64,000 nucleotides of DNA, taken from assembly GCA_037310415.1 (NCBI GenBank), contig CP147780.1, positions 1,152,001-1,216,000 on the forward strand, in the 5' to 3' direction. A model generated the notes under the pieces. The model ran no database searches, was not told the DNA's origin, and saw nothing but the letters and a program-made list of their open reading frames with translations. A program made the position numbers and the translations under genes. The first letter of the stretch is position 1; the number at the start of each line of letters is the position of its first letter. This document shows positions 58,646 through 64,000 of the stretch, in pieces. This stretch comes from Candidatus Atabeyarchaeum deiterrae. GTDB taxonomy: Archaea > Asgardarchaeota > Atabeyarchaeia > Atabeyarchaeales > Atabeyarchaeaceae.

Positions 58646-60265
58646 TTGAACCAGACTTTACTCCTCATGTCACATGAGCTCAGACTGATGTGGAAAGACT
58701 TCAGATTCTCCGCGAGGAGATCGCTGACTGTAATTCTGATCATTCAAGTTGTCGCTATGGTCGCCGCCATGTATTTCGCTCTAGCAACAATAACGTTCCT
58801 GCTGTTTGATGCCTCGCCAGCGACTGGTGCCGGGTTCATTAACGCTCTTGCGAAGTTGGGTCTAACAGGTACAAGAATCTCTGATCTCCTATACTATTCT
58901 TTGCTGCTGCTTTTTGTTTCCACATTTATAAGAGGGCTCATATCGTCAAGCTTCGGATGGCTCTTCACCAGAGTTGACGAGAGTACAATCATCGCTTCTC
59001 CAGCCGCGCCTCACGCCCTCTATTTGGCCAAGAGATTTAGAAAGTTACTGACCCATATCATGACAGTTACGTTGCTGCTTATTGCCATTTATCCGGTTGT
59101 TACCCGGATCGGCTTCAATGGATTCCATTTGATATTTCTCTTCATTACCTTATTGGCCTTCACAGAGATCTATGGATTGCTTGAAAATGTCACTTATAGT
59201 ATTTCTAGGGGGCTCTTAAAGCCACGCTCTCGTCTTCAGAGAGCCGCCCTGATAATAGCATTCCTTGCTCTCGTATTCTTCGTTGTCGTTCCTCCTTTTC
59301 TTGTGTACTTCCTTGGAGATCCAATCATGTTCATTGCTTACCTTTATCCTCCCTATCTCTGTTCGCGAATACTTGCGCTGAATCTCCCATTTGGCATTGG
59401 CTTCGGGGTCTCTTTACTGGTAATCGACGCTATTCTTTTCCTGATTGTTGCATCCGTCACTGCAAGGTTTGGTTTGAGGAGATGGTCATCTTCCCCCAGA
59501 CTGTCCCAAACGAGAGGAAGCTTCATTCGCCTGAGGAATAATATATTGATGGGGAAGAAAGGGAAGAAACCTGGCGCAGGTCTAATATTCATGAAAGACT
59601 TCTGGACTACAATTCGGAACCCCGCGAAGTTCTTCGTTCCGTTGGCTATCGCCTTTCTTCTCTTCATCTTCGCTTTTCAGCTCCAATTAATGTTTCCAGT
59701 TGCTCCACAACCTCAACTAGCTTCGCAATTTACTGAACCCATTTTTCTCCTATCAACCTACCTAGCGGCTGTGTTCATCTTACCCCCTGCTTGGGATTCA
59801 TTCGCAAGCGAGAGACGTTCACTCTTCATATTGAAAACCGCGCCTATCCACCCAAGCGAGATCGTCAAGGGCAAATATGGTTTTGCGCTATTGAAATCAG
59901 CCTTATACATGGTTCCGATTATAGGCGCTCTTTCAACTTTACTTCCCCATTCTACAGATATCTCCCTCATCGCCTTGGAAGTGACATTAGTTGTGTTAGT
60001 CTCAAATGCGGTTGGTCTTCTCTCAAGCGTGAGCTACCCTCCATCATACCGAGGCGTAGGTCCTCCTCCTTTCCTGATAATCATAGGATTACCTGTGCTT
60101 TGCGCTCTTCTTACGGCACCAATTCCTTTCATACTGATGCTGCCCTACAGTAATGTGATACAATTTGTGCTCCAATCTGGTTTCATGCTACTCTATGTTC
60201 TGTTTATTGTGAGAATTTGTCTCGGCAGAGCGACAAGCTCATTTGTCAGATTGCAGGAAACCTAG
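58646..60265 (+). CDS. ABC-2-type exporter permease (about 12 TM, internally duplicated)
   Basis: Highly hydrophobic; E.....L...P motif in both halves; 6 bp after the ATPase gene. Confidence 0.78.
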   Translation: MNQTLLLMSHELRLMWKDFRFSARRSLTVILIIQVVAMVAAMYFALATITFLLFDASPATGAGFINALAKLGLTGTRISDLLYYSLLLLFVSTFIRGLISSSFGWLFTRVDESTIIASPAAPHALYLAKRFRKLLTHIMTVTLLLIAIYPVVTRIGFNGFHLIFLFITLLAFTEIYGLLENVTYSISRGLLKPRSRLQRAALIIAFLALVFFVVVPPFLVYFLGDPIMFIAYLYPPYLCSRILALNLPFGIGFGVSLLVIDAILFLIVASVTARFGLRRWSSSPRLSQTRGSFIRLRNNILMGKKGKKPGAGLIFMKDFWTTIRNPAKFFVPLAIAFLLFIFAFQLQLMFPVAPQPQLASQFTEPIFLLSTYLAAVFILPPAWDSFASERRSLFILKTAPIHPSEIVKGKYGFALLKSALYMVPIIGALSTLLPHSTDISLIALEVTLVVLVSNAVGLLSSVSYPPSYRGVGPPPFLIIIGLPVLCALLTAPIPFILMLPYSNVIQFVLQSGFMLLYVLFIVRICLGRATSSFVRLQET

Positions 60266-60417
60266 AAATCTGGAGAATTGTAGAACAGAATAAATAGGGA
60301 ATTGCCTTCTAGTAGTGAAATGAGGATATCCACTCACTAGTGTTGTAAACCATGCTCTCATCGAAGAAGAGTTAAGTGGTTGGATGGATTTCTCTAGTCT
60401 AGGAGGATTAGACAACT

Positions 60418-61176
60418 TTGCCTCGAAACAGGAATATTCTTGCGCTTGTAGTTTTCATAGTTTGGTTCTACCTCCTCCTTGCCGTAGTTCTGAACCCTTC
60501 TTTTGTATCCCCGATTGCGCCTAACAATCCAGTCATGCCATTCCTCTCGGCTGAAGCTGTATCCTACTTTTGGCCACTTGTGCTAGTAACTTCGCCAATA
60601 GCGCTTCTCGCAGGGAAGAGACTTGCACGATCGAGTGAGGGTCAGAGAAGGGAAGTTTCACCCGAAGAGTTTGTCCGAATACAAGCCAGAGCTCATAGAA
60701 TGAGCGCTAGGGATAGAGAGAGCACCAGCCGACAAGAGGCGGAGGTTCCTTCTACCGAAGGATCAACTTCTACCAAGGTCAGTGAACCGGCAAGCGCGCC
60801 AACAACAAAAGATGCCGGCACAACCGAAACTGCGGTAGTTCGTCAAAGTGAATTCACGCCACCCCCCTCAAAAACGCGTGCCGCTAAGATGGCGGAACAA
60901 CCTTCGATCTCTGATCGGAACAAGATAACACAGAAAGTGTTAGAGCAGAAGGAGACTGAGACGTCTCTCGAGAACAAGAGGATCGATGAACTCGAAGCGG
61001 AGAAAGGTGCAGTGATGTCCTTGTTAAGCAGATTGGAAGAGATGAAAAGCGCAGAGAATATGAAACCAGAACTATATGAGAAATTGAAGAAAAGGTATGC
61101 GAATGAAATAGAAAGGATCAATGCCAAGATAGAAGAGTTCGCAACCAAGGAGAGTACCAAGGAAAAGGGTACGTAG
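60418..61176 (+). CDS. Hypothetical membrane protein: 2 TM, S/T/P-rich linker, C-terminal coiled coil
   Basis: Two N-terminal hydrophobic helices; charged helical tail LSRLEEM...ELYEKLKKRY; GGAGG upstream. Confidence 0.75.
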   Translation: MPRNRNILALVVFIVWFYLLLAVVLNPSFVSPIAPNNPVMPFLSAEAVSYFWPLVLVTSPIALLAGKRLARSSEGQRREVSPEEFVRIQARAHRMSARDRESTSRQEAEVPSTEGSTSTKVSEPASAPTTKDAGTTETAVVRQSEFTPPPSKTRAAKMAEQPSISDRNKITQKVLEQKETETSLENKRIDELEAEKGAVMSLLSRLEEMKSAENMKPELYEKLKKRYANEIERINAKIEEFATKESTKEKGT

Positions 61177-61371
61177 CGATTTCACGGAACTCGCTTGGTT
61201 TCGAACGCTGACGAGGCATTTTCTTAGGGAAACTACCTCAGAAGTGGTCATGTTCACTTTCTCCTGTCTCCAACAAAGAAATCAACCTGCGAACCACTTT
61301 GTGTTGATTGACCGAGATCATAGAAATACACCGGCACATGATTTGATCGACTACGCAGGGGACTTATTTGG

Positions 61372-61900
61372 TTGAAGAAGACGGCCAAAATAACTTGGTC
61401 GAACTATGTTACGCTCGCAGCTGTCGATTCACTCGTCACCGTATCAGGAGTCTTGGCTGGTATCACCGGCGAGTTGTCTACAAACAAGTCCATCGTAATA
61501 TCTGGTGCGCTAGCTGCCAGCTTTGCTACCGCCGTGGCCTTGTTTTTTGCTGTCTACTTGAACGCAGCTCACGAATCTCGGGCTGATTACCCATTCCCAA
61601 CGTTTCCCACGCCTGGCAGAGCCCTAGCTAAGGCTACCGGGACCGCAGTTTTCGCAGGAATAGTGGGGATATCCATGGTATCGCCTTTCTTCTTCCTTGG
61701 AATAGCGGATGCTTTTCTGTTTTCTGTTTTCAGTTTTCATGAGTCTAGTCTCGCTATCAATCGTAGGTTGGTGCAGAGAAGGGAAAAGAATAAAGAAGCA
61801 GAAACTGATAGCTGCACTTGAAACCCTTAGTTTGGGTCTCGCAGCCATAGTCATAGCACGACTAGTCTCGCTACTAATAGTCGTGGTTGTTTCACCATGA
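61372..61900 (+). pseudogene. VIT1/CCC1-like membrane transporter, frameshifted at a 7-bp repeat tract
   Basis: N-half LAAVDSLVTVSGVLAG..SGALA..A.AL...YL; the C-terminal TM helices continue in the +1 frame (61709..61900); removing 7 bp restores a 173-aa ORF. Confidence 0.72.
61713..61740 (+). repeat. Four imperfect 7-bp tandem repeats
   Basis: TTTTCTG TTTTCTG TTTTCAG TTTTCAT. Confidence 0.9.
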
Positions 61901-62069
61901 GGGTCGTTGTAGTGCCTTCTCGATTCAGGGATTGTTGGAGATAGGCGTGCCTTTCTGCACGTCATCACTCTTATCTCTGATGATTGCTTAACCGTATGTA
62001 GAAGAGGAGAGTGCCCCGGAGATAGCCACAAGGAAAAATAAGGAGACTGGGCGAAGCTCGTATGAAAAG

Positions 62070-63548
62070 ATGCTTGTTGCGGATGCATTCTTTATTATTG
62101 GATGTATTCTTCTCTCTTTTGGGGCAGGTTTCAGTTTCTATCATATCCCAGCCGAGGCCATTGATGATGTCATACCTTTAATCGTTGAGAACAATTACTC
62201 CCAAAACTTTTCAACGTACCTGTCTCCAGGAGACACCTTGTCAATCGGAGTCAAACCCTACGCTGCAGCCAACCTCACTCTGGTCTTGCTTGATCCTGGC
62301 TCCAATCCACTCTGGTCAATTGAGGCAAATTATGCCGGATCCCCTTTGAACTTGACGTACAATGCAGACGGTGCGGGCAACTACATGGTGATCGTTTTTG
62401 AGAACCTCTCAAAATCATCAAACAAACCTGTATACTGTGAAGTTGAAATCATGAGCGTGCTGGCTCCCAGCTCGTCGATCAGACCGTACATCATCTATGG
62501 CATTGTCTTGATCTTAATTGGGTTTGCTTCGGTAGTGTACTCTCGGAAAACTGGTGTAAAAGTCAAAGATGTGGAAGAGTGGCATAATTGGAGGAGCTAC
62601 TTCCTTCCGTCGCTGTTTCTAGCATCCACAATCGGTTTCGCATTGATTTCATCCACCTATCTCAGCATGAGTTACATTCAAGTGTCACCTATGGAATCTG
62701 TTATCTTAGTTGTCTTTCCAGCTCTGAATGTGTTCACACTTTTGTTCGGCATGGGCACGCTTCAAGGCAGACCGCTCCAAATCTTCCGGAAAGCGCTGTT
62801 TGTTGCCATCTTAGCGTGGATTATCATCCCAAGTCTCGTGATGTATCTGATACCATATGTTGTCGCAAGTAACCTCTACAACTGGAATCCAGATCTATTC
62901 GTCAGATCTGTGCAGAGCCTGGCAGGGATGAACTCAGCTCTCTTCGGAATTGAAACCTTGGTCGTTATCGTAGTCATTGCCTACGGTCTATCACTGCAGT
63001 ACAGCAAGCATCGAGTTTATGGTTACATACTCGAAGTTGAGGCTATAGAACCTGGGAACCTTGACAGTCTCATGCGGAGACTTGGAAGTGCACTCGGAAA
63101 GAATAGTCTCGAAGAATTCTTCAAGAAGCTGAGAGAACAAGACCTGGAGACTTCCGTTTTTCTCTACTTCCTGTTATCCGACTACGTTGAATCGGGAGTG
63201 AATTCCTTTACCTACCATGGAGTCATAGCGGATCGAAGGAATGTCTTCAGCAAGGACATATACGAACGGAAACCAGCTGAGAAGATTCTCCGTCCTTTGG
63301 GATATTTAAGAGTCATTGGTGAAGACAGATTCAAGACATTCTCGCTTCAGACTGAAAGACCGTCTGTCAGCCGATTGACAGCCCTCTTCAAGAGCGTCAC
63401 TAAGAGGGACGGCAAGGAAAGCATTGAAAAGTGGGCTGGCGTAAATCTACTGAAAGAAAGGAGAAGAAAGTATTCTGGCTTGACAAAAGAGAAAGGCATA
63501 CTCAACGAAGAGAACCACCATAACGATAAGCGGGTAGAACACAATTGA
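62070..63548 (+). CDS. Hypothetical multi-pass membrane protein with external beta-sandwich (GOLD-like) and cytoplasmic C-terminal domain
   Basis: N-terminal TM; GD.L......LLDP....G.Y.V.F.N beta domain; about 5 further TM helices; charged ~180-aa tail. Confidence 0.7.
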   Translation: MLVADAFFIIGCILLSFGAGFSFYHIPAEAIDDVIPLIVENNYSQNFSTYLSPGDTLSIGVKPYAAANLTLVLLDPGSNPLWSIEANYAGSPLNLTYNADGAGNYMVIVFENLSKSSNKPVYCEVEIMSVLAPSSSIRPYIIYGIVLILIGFASVVYSRKTGVKVKDVEEWHNWRSYFLPSLFLASTIGFALISSTYLSMSYIQVSPMESVILVVFPALNVFTLLFGMGTLQGRPLQIFRKALFVAILAWIIIPSLVMYLIPYVVASNLYNWNPDLFVRSVQSLAGMNSALFGIETLVVIVVIAYGLSLQYSKHRVYGYILEVEAIEPGNLDSLMRRLGSALGKNSLEEFFKKLREQDLETSVFLYFLLSDYVESGVNSFTYHGVIADRRNVFSKDIYERKPAEKILRPLGYLRVIGEDRFKTFSLQTERPSVSRLTALFKSVTKRDGKESIEKWAGVNLLKERRRKYSGLTKEKGILNEENHHNDKRVEHN

Positions 63549-63567
63549 AGGTTGGTGATGAGTTTCA

Positions 63568-64000
63568 ATGATGTCAGATCGGGAGATATTGAAAGCGGTG
63601 GAGAAGGGGGAAGTATCTATCACTCCATTCTCTGCCAAAGAGATGTTAGGTCCTTGTAGCGTCGATCTACACTTGCTTGATGAATTCCGTGTTTTCAAGA
63701 TGGGCCGGGTCGTGGATCCAAAGGGAGACTACTCAAATGAGGAGGTAACTGAATTGATAATAACTAAGGGCCAACCGTTTATAATCGCTCCAGGGCAATT
63801 CACACTCGCAAGCACTGTTGAAAAGATTGCCATATCCAAGGGCATCGCAGCGACCTTGGAAGGCAGATCTTCAATAGCGAGACTCGGGATAATGGTGCAC
63901 GCGGCAGGACTAGTAAACCCCGGTACAGGTCTAACAAAACCATCAAGACTGACGCTTGAGGTGTCCTGCCAGAATAGCAGCCCAATCAAACTTTATCCAG
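63568..64000 (+). CDS. dcd: dCTP deaminase (3' end outside the window)
   Basis: Manual translation (absent from the ORF track): MMSDREIL..SVDLHL..PGQF.LAST.E..LEGRSSIARLGI.VH.AGLVNPG..LTLE. Confidence 0.9.
   Translation, partial: MMSDREILKAVEKGEVSITPFSAKEMLGPCSVDLHLLDEFRVFKMGRVVDPKGDYSNEEVTELIITKGQPFIIAPGQFTLASTVEKIAISKGIAATLEGRSSIARLGIMVHAAGLVNPGTGLTKPSRLTLEVSCQNSSPIKLYP

Noticed and set aside
1-64000. CRISPR array, tRNA, rRNA, transposase, integrase or reverse transcriptase
   Set aside because: No regularly spaced short repeats, cloverleafs or catalytic motifs were recognised; the only long repeats are in-frame coding units.

Overview
Gene-dense archaeal chromosomal window. Stand-alone longin-like and roadblock/LC7 proteins and methanofuran genes suggest an Asgard archaeon (inference). 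Most of it is metabolic: beta-oxidation-type enzymes, thrC, lysA-like, GH36 alpha-galactosidase plus galactokinase, a P3A H+-ATPase, two TldD/PmbA pairs, a class II ribonucleotide reductase, a HypD-type glycyl radical enzyme with its activase, two corrinoid proteins with a UroD/MtaA-like partner, mfnB/D/E/F, an ABC exporter and a truncated dcd. No tRNA, rRNA, CRISPR array or transposase was recognised. The most notable observations are: (1) two paralogous double-pass membrane proteins joining a cytoplasmic ~50-aa HeH/LEM/SAP-like module (3 copies in 2 genes) to an external beta-propeller, one built from four near-identical 156-bp repeats; (2) a TldD paralogue that has lost its metal ligands, apparently co-transcribed with a roadblock protein and a PmbA; (3) a 355-aa HNH/NUMOD3 intein in the NrdJ active site; (4) a promoter-preceded long-hairpin candidate ncRNA at ~10.07-10.27 kb; (5) a VIT1/CCC1-like gene frameshifted by one extra unit of a 7-bp tandem repeat. 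All family calls come from motif recognition, not database searches.
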